A stretch of 64,000 nt of DNA from Leucoraja ocellata (lineage: Eukaryota): NCBI GenBank assembly GCA_036785375.1, contig JAWMAR010000009.1:372001-436000 (forward strand), read 5' to 3'. Within the stretch, counting starts at the first letter, position 1. Every line of letters starts with the position of its first letter. Below are positions 25,556 through 40,255 of this stretch, piece by piece. A model generated the notes under the pieces. The model worked only from the letters and a program-made list of their open reading frames with translations. It did no database searches and was not told the origin of the DNA. The translations under genes were made by a program, and so were the position numbers.

Positions 25556-28169
25556 AACAAGATAGGCAAAAATCAATGTATAAAATATGAGCATGATTGC
25601 AGAAGTCATATCAAATTTATGTTGTATGACAATCATACAAGGATGAAAAGTTTATGGCCAATAATAGAAGCAATTAAAAAAAAACCATTAATGAGCATTT
25701 CCCAAAAAACACTAAATGGAAAGAGAATAAAAAACCTTTTATCTATTACTACTCCCAACCCATATCACAATACTTTAAAAAGTCTTGCAACAGAAGTATC
25801 ACGAGAGACATGTCGTGAATGACAGTTCCATCAAACAAAAAAATAACCTGCAATTAGACATGAAATGTGGCTAGTTGATTTAGACATCTAATGGAAACTG
25901 AAAGTAAAGTGTGTTCATCATCTTTTACAGAGCAAGATTTCACAATATGTTCCTTCATCCAGAGACTGACACCATTTGTACAGGAAGTAAAACATCAGGA
26001 CATCCTGTTACTGGTTCTAAAAGTACTCTAAATAGACCAACTAGGTTTGATTCAGCGCCAAAACTAAAATCAAATTGAAACTGCATGGGAACGGCATGTC
26101 ATTTTGCAGAGTATTTCCCCTTATTGGAACGGTCAGCAACAGTATCAAGTTATGAGCGGTACTGAAAAATGATTACACTTATGTTGACCGTAACTTCCAA
26201 GGTGGTCCATATCTCGATAAGCAACCCTTCGTTTACCTCCTGGTTGGGTGATGGGCCGCTTCCTGATTGCCACTGTGGCTGCTGCTTTGCTGCAGCTTAC
26301 TGATAAACAAATTAGTTTAAACATCCAAATTTGGGCAGTCCTGCACCTAGCACACTGGCATCTTAAGTTGCAGTGCCAGTTGGACATTTATGAACAATGA
26401 AGCAGGCAGATTCATACATGTAATATCTCTGAAGCAGGCAGAGATATTACATACATGGGAGCGTGCTTAAAAGTTATGCTCTTTACATATTGCACGTCTT
26501 ACAATGCACTTTAACCTACAAAATCACAATACAAATACAGCAAATTTCTAGGCCATTACTTCATGAGAATGTTGCATTTCAGGACTGGCCAATGACAAGT
26601 CTAGTCCCAATTCTGCTTTTTACCAGTAGCTTGGGTTATGTGGCCAAGTTTAGACAAGCAGACAAGATTCAGGAACAAAAATATTGCTCTTCAAACTAAT
26701 TCTCACCACGATTTTTTCCAAAATCAAACCTGATTAGCCTCTTCTATTTGCTTCTAGCTTTGAGAAAAATCAAATTAAAATGCATACAAGAATTCAAAGT
26801 GGATAATGTAAATTATTGAATGAAAGAACAAACATTATAACATATTTTATGAATCCCCCAAATGATAAAGCAGAATAACCTTGTTTTGGACAGCCAAGAG
26901 TTATTTGAAACCAATGCTGACAGCCATTTATTGCCAAGCAGCATAGAATTGAGGATTTTCCTATTGTCTAATAAGAAATCAAGCACACCAGCAAATCATA
27001 TAACATGCTTTAAAATATACAGCTGAAGGTTATGATCAGCCAAGCATTTTTGTTTAAAATTCAGACAGCAATGTAGAGGTGGAATTAGATGGAATCAGGC
27101 AACACAGTGAAGTAACTGTATGAGAATCCAGTGATCTGGACTTGCAATGTGGGCATATCAGCTTGAATTCATGGTCAAACAATGTTACATATAAGATTAA
27201 GAATTAAAATTCAAAAGATTAAATCGCAATTAAATGGTCTAACAGCACCACCATAAAACTTTACTGTTTCACTTTATTGATGTCCTTTAGGAAATGACAT
27301 CTGCTATTCTTATCCATTTAATCTACTCCAGTGCTTTGAACCCATATCCAATGAACAAATGTTACATGAGAAAGTAGCTTGGATTCATTTTAATGGATGA
27401 TTAAGCCATCTATAAATCCTTTTTTAATACTAAAATTGGACGTCCAATCAAAAAGTCTTACTTAATCAGCCATTAATGTTAAAAGTATCAACAAAATGGT
27501 AATTTTTTTTAAAAACATTGATGCCAAATAAAATCAGTTTCCCCATCAGAAATAATGCATAGGATAAGGCAGCAGCTTTTTTCCCCTTATAATCATGCCG
27601 AAGTTAACAGCTCCACCAGCATTATCGAAGAAAACATTAGCTTTTACTTTCTCAGTGCTCAGGGTAGAGATTTTACCAGACCTGAAGCTAGTGAAAGATG
27701 CACAACACTAAAACTTTTCATAATCAATGAAAGAATAGACTGCACTGAACATTTTTAATTTAGCAATTACCAATTTTGCAGGTATACAAAGTGAAATCCA
27801 GAAAGCACTCCATTGCAAAATGCATCAAAATGTATGGGAAAATGTGGAGAATTTGCAACTTCTCCTCAATATCATGGGAGTAAAGTCCAAGGTTACTCAA
27901 GAAAAAAAATGCAAAGCAAAAATAAGCTAAAATATGGTAGACTGGGAAATGTTGGAAAACAATCAAGATAAAAGGCATCTAAAGAAACAATTGCATTTGA
28001 TGAAACCTTACAACTGATTTCCCAAAAATCTCAAACACAAGCCCCAAACACCTGTCCATTTCCTGGCTTTGGGGTGGTGGAGGATTGGATTATTTGGAGC
28101 ATGTCATCACCTGCAGCATTTCAACCTTTGATGTACACAGACAACTTTTTCCATCTGTCAGCAAATTGA

Positions 28170-28572
28170 AAGCAATTCAAGATACACCTCCGCTCAGTCC
28201 ACCTGATCTCCTGGTTGCTCAACACTTCAACTCCACCTCCCATTCCCCCACTGACCTTTCTGTCCTGGGTCTCCTCCATTGTCAGAGCAAGGCCCAGCAC
28301 AAAATGGAGGAACAGCACCTCATATTTTGCTTGGACGGCCTGCACCCCAGCAGTATGAACATTGACGTCTCGAACTTCAAGTAGCCTTTGCTTTCCCTCT
28401 CTCCATCCCCAGTTCTCCGTCCACTCTTACTGTCTCCGACCACATTTTATCTATGTACCACCCACTCCCGACATCAGTCTGAAGAAGGGTGTTGACCCGA
28501 GACGTCACCCATTCCATTTCGCCAGAGATGCTGCCTGTCCCGCTGAGTTACTCCAGCATTTTGTGTCTATCT
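28170..28572 (+). mobile_element. Penelope-like element 3' fragment
   Basis: DLLVAQHFNSTSHSPTDLSVLGLLHCQ...EEQHLIFCL...MNIDVSNFK followed by terminal repeat with a mutated hammerhead core (GAGA for GAAA). Confidence 0.85.
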
Positions 28573-31500
28573 CAAGATACATTCCATCAGCTCCATCCAA
28601 GAATTGAGATATAAGATTTCTACCAATTGTTCCCACTTCAAATGAGATGGTGCTGGAATGGGCAGAATGAAGAGTAAAATTTGGATTACACTGACAAACA
28701 TCAAAAAAAGTATAATAGGATTAACCAAGTGCAAATGGGTTTAGTCACATAAATTTGTTTCCTTAGAGTTAATGAGAGCTACACTCACTTGCAACACTTG
28801 CAATAGGTAATTCTATAATTGGTAGTCCTATTTTCCAAGCCTAATGCACTTAGTCTCCGACACAATTGAAAAGTTAGCTTAATACCAATTACTGCACTTA
28901 AATTTTATGGAACTAATTAGACGTTGAAAGAAAGCACGGATTAGCCTTGGTTAGTATTGTTCCATTGAGATTTATACTAAATGGTGACCATCCCCAAATC
29001 ACCTTCCTAATTGAAAAGCTCAATGCAATTTGTCATGTCCAGTTTTAAACCAATTTACTAATTATTCTTATTACACAAATTGTGAATGATTCCAAAACAC
29101 TCAAATACAACCAATAAATTTACCCTGAAAAATCTCCAAGCTGCTTTATGCTATTTGTGCAAATCCTTACAGGATATGTTAGTTGCTTAGAAGTGACACT
29201 TAAGATTTGATTGGTATTAGAGGTAGTTCTGCTATAACACGTTTTCATAACACAAATAGTATACAACAAATTGGGGAATACGATTTGTATTATGCAGACA
29301 GAATTGATATCTAATCATGTACATAAGCCACTTGGGAAATTGATGAAAAAAAACCATCTCTTGAAGAAAGTCCAGGTAAAAGAAACTTTCATGTAACCTC
29401 TCTGCAGTAAGCAGACGGTAGTTTCTCAAGAACACAGCTCACCATGGGTGGCCATTGAAATCGACAAAGTTTGGTCGCTTCTATTAACACTTGTGCAATG
29501 ATACTATTAAACAATGTGACACCCATCTTTTATTATTTTAAGCCTCTGGTAACAAAAATAAAGTTGTAGCTATTAAAAGACTTATCTTTGAAAATCCTGT
29601 GGGAGAAAGATTTATTATCGCAAGTCTGAAACCCTTGCCTTAACCCCCTTGCTTCCTCCATTAACAATTTTTACAACAAGGTTTCTTAGGAATGCATTGT
29701 TGCATTATAGCAGAGCTACCTGTACTACTTTTATTTTTTAATTCTTAAAGATATGGAAAAACTGATAAAATGTTTGGAACATGCTATTTACTTATCTTTA
29801 GTAAATTAGGAAGCAGGGAGAAATAAGTCTCCAAGTTTTCTGAGCATCTTGACCAACAATGCTACCATTAAGACAAAATAACTTTCCTGGCATCGCTGGC
29901 ATCTTCTACAATTTCCAGAAGCTCTGGCCTGAGCCAACAGTAATTTTAAGTATTTGGATCCAAAATTTTACATATTTGCAGTCTCCTGTGCCTATGGCAA
30001 TTGCTTCAGTATTATGCAACTCTTTTTAAATGCAAGTGTTTAATCTCATCACATAAAACAAGTTAACTTGTTTTTTTTATCTACAACCTTGCAACACAAT
30101 AGCTAAGATTTCTCAAGGAAGAAAAATAAATTTGGCCAATTTATTTGAAGCAACTGACAATATGAAATGGAATCAGATCTCCAAAATTTCAGTCCATCAT
30201 GCAGACGAGAAAATGTGATGAATCATTTAATCATTCAAAAGAACTTGATTATGCAAGAGATGAACTTTGCTCCTTTCAATCTCCATTTACTGGATCACAG
30301 TCACGCCAATGATCTTCCATTCACACCAAACACATTTTGTTTAATGTCAGTAGGATTTCGTTGCATTTTAAAACAGCTTTCTGTAAAAACTCCATTCTAC
30401 TGCCACCCAACTAAAATAAAAGCTTAAAAATAGCTTTCAAATTGGCAAAACCCATTAAAATTACTTTACAGAAAGCGAGCAAAAGCTTGCAGAGTGAATA
30501 TGACTATAAACATATTCTGCAAAATGTGTAAAGGAAAATTTGAATGACAACTTTCCTTTCAATTAAAATTACCAAAGCATACAAAGATGTAAACTAAAGG
30601 TTACGATTTGACCTTTCAAAACTGCTCTGTCGCCCATTGGGATCCATGAATCAACTACCTTTTAATCCGTCGAAGGGTCCAGACCCATCCAACCATCAAC
30701 GCTGCCTTACCTGCTTTCCTCCAGCAGTCCTCTTTTTACTCCAACTTCAGTACCTAAGTTTTATCCTAGCATTGACCAGTTTCTGTCAGTTGATACTAAA
30801 AGTCTATTTCAGATTTGAGGATTTCACAACCCAAGGATAAAGAATTCCAAAGATTCACCAGATAAAAGTTCCAACTGCATGGAAACTTATTCGGAAGATC
30901 TCTTAGTTCCACACTCCCAACAGCTAAATGTTTAAGCCTCTCAAGAGACAATGTGATTGTATCCAAAGTCCGAGGAATTTTGGCCCAAGCATATTGTTTT
31001 TCATTCTTCATCACCCCCCTCTGATAAACAGAACCAGAGCAGCAAGCCCATGTTGTATTCCAGGGGAGTATTTTCTTATTGAATGTTTACATTTTAACTA
31101 GCAAACTTGTATACCAAGTAGTAATGTGTATTGCAGAAAACAAAACAACACCAAAGACATTAAATTAGACAGGCATACTAAAAATGTAGAGTCAAGCAGA
31201 GAGATTTTGGGAAGAAATTCGCATTGAATGTGAATAATCACTACTGGTGAACAACTGGAAGACGAGAGGGAGGTGGTAACAGGAGACAGGGTAAAAGGCT
31301 AAGCAATGTAGAAGCGGAGTGACTCAAGGAGATAATTAATGAAGGACAAACGTGTGGTACTGGGGTTAAGATTTGGGAGACAGAATTTTAGTTAAGCTTG
31401 ATAAAGTCTTACGAGACCAAGGTAAGATGCCAACCACTTTGCAATAGTGGGTCTGGGAGCTGGCAAAGACATGTATGAGAATTCCAATAGATCCTTAACC

Positions 31501-34500
31501 AACTTAGGTAGAAATAACAAAAGAGTTCAATGAAAAAATAAATGTTTAAACAAGGAGTATACCAGAGGGAAGAAAACAGACTGCTCGAGGAATGCAGCAA
31601 GTCAGGTAGAATCTGTGGAAGGATATGCACAAACACCGTTTTGGATCAGCATTGAGGGTTTAGCCCCAAAAGATCATCCATCCATTTCTCAGCACAGACG
31701 CTGCCTGACCTGCTGAGTTTCTCTAGCTGTCTGTTTTTCCTCAAGATTCCACCATCTGGAGTCTCATAAGTATCTGAAGTCACATTCATGCAAAGTTCAG
31801 TCATTGACTTGTTACAAGAGTGAATCATGCCAGTGAAGGTCCTGTGTTAAATATTTGTTTGTCAATGTAGAAGCCTGTCTTCTTTCTGAACACCAGACTA
31901 CGCAATTAAGAAAAAAAATCTTTATTTTGAAGATAGGTGAAAACTATCAGATGTCCTCAATAATACATTGCCCAGGTCAATATCTATTATAAAAGTTATC
32001 TACCAGAATGAAAGCTGTTGTAATAGAAATCTAGCTACGTAGACAGTATATTAAGAGGGTATGCACAGTTATTTAAAAAATAATCTATAGATTACAAGCA
32101 AGTAACCTAATCTAAAATGGAGTATGTTCCCTTTCACAAAAACAACAGCTCAGAGTTTGGAAGGGTTGGCAAATTAGAACATTATGCTTTCACCTTTGGA
32201 ATCTAGTTTTGAATCCAGTCAACTGATGTAAAAAAGTATGACAGCCTTTACAAAGCTTCTAAGCAAGTAGCCTCAACCAAGTTCCTAGAGGTCACAAGCA
32301 TACAGTGCAAGAGGGCTCATAATTCAGCACTAAGCTGACAGCTTCAGTCCAAAGACAAAGATAGCCGGTGTGGGAAATTGAAACTCACTCACAGCAACTG
32401 TTTCTCTTCTGAAGGTGGCTGAAGCACATTTGGCAGAGCTTGAGGCAGACATCAAATGTAAGAGTGGAAAGCAGTTCGCCCACCAGCATGAGACTTACTC
32501 ATATCGATAAGCATGAAATTTATATTGAACAGATGCAAATGGAAAAACATTGAATCTTAGGATACAGCTCCCAGCAGTGTACCCACCCCCCACAAAATGA
32601 GTGAACATGCAGAGTACAATCCAGTAAGGTCTATAGCATCTCGTTTTTCTCCATAAATGTATAATTTGCAATCGAGCAGGAACTGGGGATCATCTCCACA
32701 TCCTAACACAGCTCATCCTCTTATCTTTCCCTCCACACCAGATTCTCACAAGTTATGATGGGCTTCAGAATTCCAAAAAGAAAATGATTGGAAAGTACGC
32801 ATTTAGATAATGTCCTATTCTAATATAACCAAATAAATTAAAGTTTAAATTGCAAATTTCCTGGCGGAGCAACAAAATAAATTCCTCACAAGCCTGAAAC
32901 GAATCAACCAAAATCTTACATTTAAACATCAAGTTATTGGTAAAATAACAATGGATCTGAACCAGGAATTATCAGGGAACAGTTTCCTAATCAATCGTCA
33001 ATATTTTGAGAAAGAAAAAAAATAAAATTATTTTCACATTTTAGACCAAAGCCGAAATCTCAAAAGGAACTTCAAATAAATATTCTCATTATCTACCAGA
33101 AATAATGGCAAGCTAAACAGCCAGGACTCGGCATAAAATCATGCACTAAATACCTAATTCTCCAACATACCTTATTTCTTCCCTCCCAACATCATCACCC
33201 AAAGGCAGATAACTGTTGTGCAATTTGTTTCACAAAGATGCATTACAGGAACTTAAACTGTTAGCCTTAACAATTGGAGAGAAAATTAGAAACACACCCG
33301 GGGCAATACCTAAACTTTTCCAGTCACAGTAAAACAATCTGGAAATATTATGTAGTATATAAGGTATAGAAATCCATAATTGCTGAGCAAGGGAAAGATG
33401 CACAAAACAGAACAGCAATAGGATTTGCTAAACATTTAGAAAATTTAGCCTGAAGAGTAAAATCAAATATAAAAAAAAATTGAAAGACCCAATAGTGTAG
33501 GAAGGAACTGCAGATGCTGGTTAGTACCGAAGATAACGAGTCTTGACCTGAAACATCACTCATTCCTTCTCTCCAAAGATACAATAGTGATGTTATTAAT
33601 TGTGCTTTTGAAATAGAGAGAGGTTGATGGGCATTTCAATGCTGACATCTTACCAGACAGGCTCCAGAACATGAGAGATTAAAATCATAAAGTTGAAATT
33701 TCATCCAGGTGAAACATTGAGTTATTTACTAGGACACATTAACATCGACTTAAAATAGTACATCTGGGCAAGCTTAATTTCCAGGTGATCCAATACAAAG
33801 AGTCTGAAAAGATGCATAGATGTTTTCCCCTTTCTTTGCACCCCTCCGAATAGCACTCAAAATGCCAAATGCATTTTCTTCACCTACAAAGCAACAGTAA
33901 GTCAAAACACTAGGTCCAGACAAGACACTCAAATGCATAAACAACTGAATGTGGGACACAATGAAGTGCATAATGAAGCCTTGCAATAACTGTATCTACA
34001 TTGACAAACAAAGCATTTCAATCTTCCTTAATGGAAAAATGATTAGGTCTGCTGCAAATCAAAGAATCTTGAAACATAGATATGATAGTGAGGGGATCAG
34101 TTTCAGCTAGCTACCCGCGACACCAATCTTCAATTGGGATACCATATGGCAGACGTTATGTTAGAACACAAGTCAATTGACCCCCCCCCCTCCCCCAAAT
34201 AAAAGTTCCTCACTATACAATACACATTTTGACAATCAAATCAAGGCTTTTGTTTACACTATGAAATCAGGTCACCTATAAATCATATTCATATTGATCA
34301 CATTCTGATGACTCCACTGATCACAGCTGTGCTTTTATTGGATTTGTTGAACACAGGTGATCTGCTACACGCCTCGGTCTCCAGTTTCAAACCAGTCACA
34401 GAGCAATTTAAAATATCAGTGTCATTAAATACAATTTTGTAATTCCAGTGGTTTTCAGATTCCATCCTTCACCATACATCAGCTGAAAATGATTTTGTGC

Positions 34501-34977
34501 GGTTTCTACAGCCGGGTAATTGTGCGCAAAACTGGAAACAGCAGTAGCTTTAATGACAATATACAATTAACTTTCCATTAGGGCACCTGCCCACTAGAAC
34601 CCAAGTGACTTTAACCCGTTAGAAGTTTTAAACCCAACGTCCTTCGGAAAATTACTGAAAATGATTAAATTTTTACCATTAAATTTAATGCGTTTAAAGT
34701 TAATCATTAATCTTTTCTTACTTCCCCAGCTCCCTCCACACCTCACAAATGGTACATCTTGGCTTCAACACCGACTTAAATCATTAAACAGATTGGAGAC
34801 TGCAAAACGTTCTTGAACTTAGAGGAAGAATTGGAAGCAACAGCAAACTTTATCTCAAAATCATTTCATATTCACAACAGATTTCACTATTTGAAAATAT
34901 CATGCATTCAGCTACTATTCATAAAAATATTAACCCATGATGCATTTAAGATATTTATTCATTAGGGCACATTATCA

Positions 34978-35277
<300 letters not shown>

Positions 35278-38172
35278 TCACATCCACCCATCCTCATGCT
35301 ATTTATCCATCACTGAATTTGTTGCCTCCGATTCTTGAGCTATTCATTAATGAGATTTCCCAGTTAAGAGTTATTCCATGTGAAGATCTTCCTCTATTTT
35401 TCTGCCATTCCAATTAAGATGGAGTGTTTTTAGGAATGGCCTTTTTATTTCACTACTCATTTTGGGTCAACTTATTATAAGCATACCCAATGTGATGGCT
35501 GCAACTTGGTCCATTAAATATTTTCAGCACATCCCATTCAAATGTCAATGGTAATAGGAAATCACCCTGGAATTTAACAATACAAGCATCCAGAATACCA
35601 CAAGCGTACAGTAAAGCGACCTTGTACAATGCAGGATGAGAACCAGAATTGTTGTGCAGCTGGCTGTGGTCCACCTGGAAGCACTTGTTACAGGCTTTCT
35701 GTTCCCAATTTTATCATTTCCATAGTACAAATAATTTCTAATACACCCATTTTCTTTTGTTGAAACCTTGTGAAAATTGTGCAACTGACATCCAAATATC
35801 CTGCTTTAGATGCAACTGCAAAGAGGAATTATTAATATCTTAAGAAATGTCAGCTTTCTCCAGTTAATATGCTGCACTCAAACCAAATCTCTCATGTACC
35901 ATTCAAACAAAATGGATAGGTTTATTTTACTTTATTTGCGCCTGATCTGGTTTATTTTACTTTCACTACCTACAGGACTATTGGTTCAAAAGGGATAACG
36001 GGGATAGTAACTATTAAGTTAGTGATGCATATGTTCTTTGTCTGCAATAAGATCTGTGTATACATAAGGAAAATAAAGATTAGATGACCATGTTTTGACA
36101 TAAATAATAATATTTAGATAAAGTACAAGAATATACAGTTCAAATAAAATACATGAAACTATAGCTAGCGCATTTATCTTCGATGTGTTAACAGTTGGGT
36201 GTATTCAGCATTAATTATTAAAATTTGCTATGTACAAATGGAGCAAATGGGAGCTATCTAGAGGAGAAACCAAGATTACAAAATTCTGATCCTTCGAAAA
36301 CCAAATCAGATAGGAAAAGACTTCCATAACACGCAAGCGACCAACAATCAAATCTCGTGAAATTAATGTAAATCAATGTGCTAAAATCCAATTTTGAACG
36401 ATTGTATTAAGAACAGGAAAGAAATAAACTTGTCTCAGCCTTCATTAAGAAGATGCCAGTTCTTTAGAATAAATACACAAAATCTCAGCCATTACCACAA
36501 CTAAAACTACTTCCTCCTACAACCTCAAGGCTGCCTGACAAACCTTCACATTGATAACTTGTATTGTGAAAATGATGGAAAGATGTTAACCTCTCAACCC
36601 ATGTCATATCTGAAAAAATGATAGGCAATGTCCACAACTATGCCAGTTACATTTTAGAGCAACTTCAGCAGCAGTTCATTATTCTACTTTTCTCCAACTC
36701 CATCCGATTTGGCCAATGGACAATTACATCTAAAATATCTTCAATCAACATGAAAATGTAACCTATATGCACCTTCCCTACTTTCACAACCTTACCTATT
36801 CTGCTCTTTTCACTGCAACTATTCACAGCAAAACAGTTAATATTTTGACCAAGTGCATCTCAGGGTGCCAAGTCAATAAATATATAAAGATGCATGGTGG
36901 CATGCAGGTTAGCGATTTACCAGAAACATTAATTTTATATCTCTCTGCAAATATGCTTATTACCTACTGAATTTATTCAGCATTTGTGTTTTTAAAATCA
37001 CAGAATATGCACTCAAGAGCTTTTAGATTTATTCAATTTCATTGGTGCCATGTCACAAACATTTGCAATCCAGTTGTTCTATCCATCACACCCACCCATT
37101 CATAATTTAGGTACTAATTTAAAGCACACTCAGAAATTGGCTTTAAATTACCATGTGGACCTAAAAAAAATCATGCACTCTTTAAGATATATATATATAT
37201 ATTTTTTTTTATAAACTATTTCAATGCCATGTTTAAAGCTTATGACATTTCTTTCCAATTTTCTATGTGCAAATCTCAAACTGTAATTACAACTAATCTT
37301 TTCAGATGAAGAAAAACTTTTTTAAGTCACGCCGTCAAAAACGTCATGTTAACACTAAATAAAATGTTGTTTTCTTACAATGATTATGTTCATAAGCATA
37401 CGTTTTGCTCCATGAATAGCATGTTTTTCTCCAAATGAGATGCAATCAGCAAGTTTGATATAGTCAAATTACTTAGATAATGCACAAGAATAAGAAACTT
37501 TAAATCCATTTTGCAGGAAGAAATATGCTTGGACCAAAGTTATTCATGGAAAACCCCAATAACAGAAAATGGCATGGATTTCCCTCTGCAAGTTATTTTT
37601 TTAATAATTAAAGAGATGCCACCAACATGCTTCAGTTGAGAAACAATAAAAGGAATGGTTCCTCCATTGCTATTGAAAGATTACGTTTTTGTTAATTACT
37701 GTGCCCATTATGTAAAGTTCAAATTAACATGTACAGCTCGGCCCGATGTTGCAGATGTTCTGGAGGGTTTGATTCAAAGTTTGTCGTCATAAATGTTCAG
37801 CCCATCATCATGTCACACCGATCTACAAACAACCATTTATACTACACACACTTCATTCTACTCAAATTCCTGTCAACTCTCTGCAGATTTCACTGCTCAC
37901 CTGTATACTAGTCAGCAAATTATCTACAAGTACACACATCCTTGGGCTATGGGAGGAACCCTAGAACCTGTGTGAAAGGGTGTGAAGCAGAAAATCTGCA
38001 TGGTAACAGGGATAATGTGAAAACTCCACACAAACAGTACAGGTCATAATTGAACCCGAAATTCTGAAATTGAATATCTGAGGCTGCAGCTCCATTAACT
38101 GTGGCATCCCACAAGACAACAAACATTTTCAAGTGCCACAAAGTGCACAACAAAGTGGTGTAAATGTTATGA

Positions 38173-38880
38173 AGGTAGACAAAAGTGCTGGAGAAACTCA
38201 GCAGGTGCAGCAGCATCTATGGAGCGAAGGAAATAGGCAACATTTCCGGCCGAAACCCTCCTTCAGACTGATGTAGGGTGGGCGGGGGGGGGGGAGAAGA
38301 AAGGAAGAGGAGGAGCCCAAGGGCTGAGGGAGAGCTGGGAAGAGGAGGAGACAGCAAGGGCTACCGGAAATTGGAGAAGTCAATGTTTATGCCACTAGGG
38401 TGCAGACTGCCCAAGCGAAATATGAGGTGCTGCTCCTCCAATTTTTGGTGGTGCTCACCCTGGCCATGGAGGAGGCCCAGGACAGAAAGGTCGGATTTGG
38501 AATGGGAGAGGGAGTTGAAGTGCTGAGCCACCGGGAGATCAAGTTGGTTAATGCAGACCGAGCGGAGGTGTTCGGTGAAACGATCTCCGAGCCTACGCCT
38601 GGTCTCACCGATGTAGATCAGCTGACATCTAGAGCAGCGGATACAATAGATGAGGTTGGAGGAGATGCAGGCGAACCTCTGTCGCACCTGGAACGACTGC
38701 TTGGGTCCTTGAATGGAGTCGAGGGAGGGGGTAAAGCGGCAAGTGTAGTATCTCTTGCGGTTGCACGGGAAAGTGCCCGGGGAGGGGGTGGTACGGGAGG
38801 GAAGGGAAGAATTGACCAGGGAGTTTCGGAGGGAGCAGTCTTTGCGGAAAGCAGAGGGGGGGGGGGGGGAGAAGATGTGG
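38173..38880 (-). mobile_element. Penelope-like element, GIY-YIG endonuclease region and terminal repeat
   Basis: ORF 38361-38687: SSNLIYCIRCSRCQLIYIGETRRRLGDRFTEHLRSV...VAQHFNS..H...LEEQHLIFRLGSLHPSGINIDF. Confidence 0.92.
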
Positions 38881-39194
38881 CGAGTCGTGTTGACTATCGA
38901 GGACTATTTGTTGTATGTGATGGCTGGTGGGGTGCAAATGTTATGGTGGTCTGCGCCTCAATCTTTTTCTAAGGGCCCCCCGAGACTTTCACATAGCGCC
39001 TTTGTGTTAGAAAAGTTAAATTATTTTACTACCAGCTGACTTTGTTGACAAACCAAGCACATGTTAAATATAAGTTCTAACTCCTCTATTGGGGTACTCT
39101 ACTGTACCCCAAAACCTTTCAACACAAATATTAAAAGAATACTAACTCATACGATTTTGCTCAATCTAGTTTCACGTAATGACCCATTGCTTTC

Positions 39195-40255
39195 TAGATA
39201 CAAACCCACTGACTCCCACAGCTACCTAGACTGCACTTCTTCCCACCCTGCTTCCTGTAAAGACTACCCCCTACTCCCAATTCCTCAGTCTACGCTGCAT
39301 CTGCGCCCAGGATAAGGTTTTCCATACCAGGGCATCGGAGATGTCCTCATTCTTTAGGAAACGGGGGTTCCCCTCTTCCACTGCCTCTACATCCCACAGC
39401 TCCACTCTTGCTCCCCCTCCCCCCATTCATAATGACAGAGTCACCCTTGTCCTCACCTTCCACCCCATCAGCCGTCGCACACTGCATGTAATCCTCCAAC
39501 ATTTTCGCCACCTCCAACGGGATCCCACTACTGGCTACAACTTCATCTCCACCCCTTTCTGCTTTCCGTAGAGACCATTCCTTCTGCAACTCCCTGGTCA
39601 ACCCGTCCCTTCCCACCCAAACCACCGCCTCCTCAATTACTTTCCCCTGCAACCGCAGGAGATGCAACACCTGTTCCTTTACCGCCCCCCTCGACTCTAT
39701 CCAAGGTCCCCGACAGCCTTTACAGGCGAGGCAGAAGTTCACGTGCACCTCCTCCAATCTTGTCTACTGTATCCGCTGTCCCAGGTGTCAAATCCTGTAC
39801 ATGGACGAGACCAGGTACAGGCTCGGCGATCGTTTTGCTGAACACCTCCGCTCAGCCCATCTGATCTCCCGGTTGCTCAGCACTTTAACTCCCCCTCCCA
39901 TTCCCAATCTGACCATGTCAGAGTGAGGCCCAGCGCATATTGGAGGAACAGCACCTCATATTTCGCTTGGGTAACTTACACACTAGCGGTATGAACATTG
40001 ATTTCTCCAACTTCAAATAGCCCTTGCTTTCCCTCTCTCCATCCTGTCCCCCTTCCCACTTCTCCCACCAGTATTGCTGTCTCCGATTACATTCTATCTC
40101 TGTCCTGCCCACTCCCCTGATATCAGTATGAAGGGACTCGACCCGAAACGTCACCCATTCCTTCTCTCCAGAGATGCTGCCTGTCCCGCTGAGTTACTCC
40201 AGCATTTTGTGTCTACCATCGATTTAAACCAGCATCTGCAGTTCTTTCCTATACA
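39195..40255 (+). mobile_element. Penelope-like element (RT thumb, GIY-YIG and terminal repeat), degenerate
   Basis: YKPTDSHSYLDCTSSHPASCKD, MSSFFRKRGFP, VTLVLTFHP, SNLVYCIRCPRCQILY..ETR..LGDRFAEHLRS across frameshifts. Confidence 0.9.

Noticed and set aside
34290-34500. Intronic box C/D snoRNA
   Set aside because: The CTGATGA is antisense to the host transcript and no terminal stem with a matching D box was found
38400-38972. 190-aa plus-strand ORF, the longest in the track
   Set aside because: Antisense shadow of the Penelope GIY-YIG region
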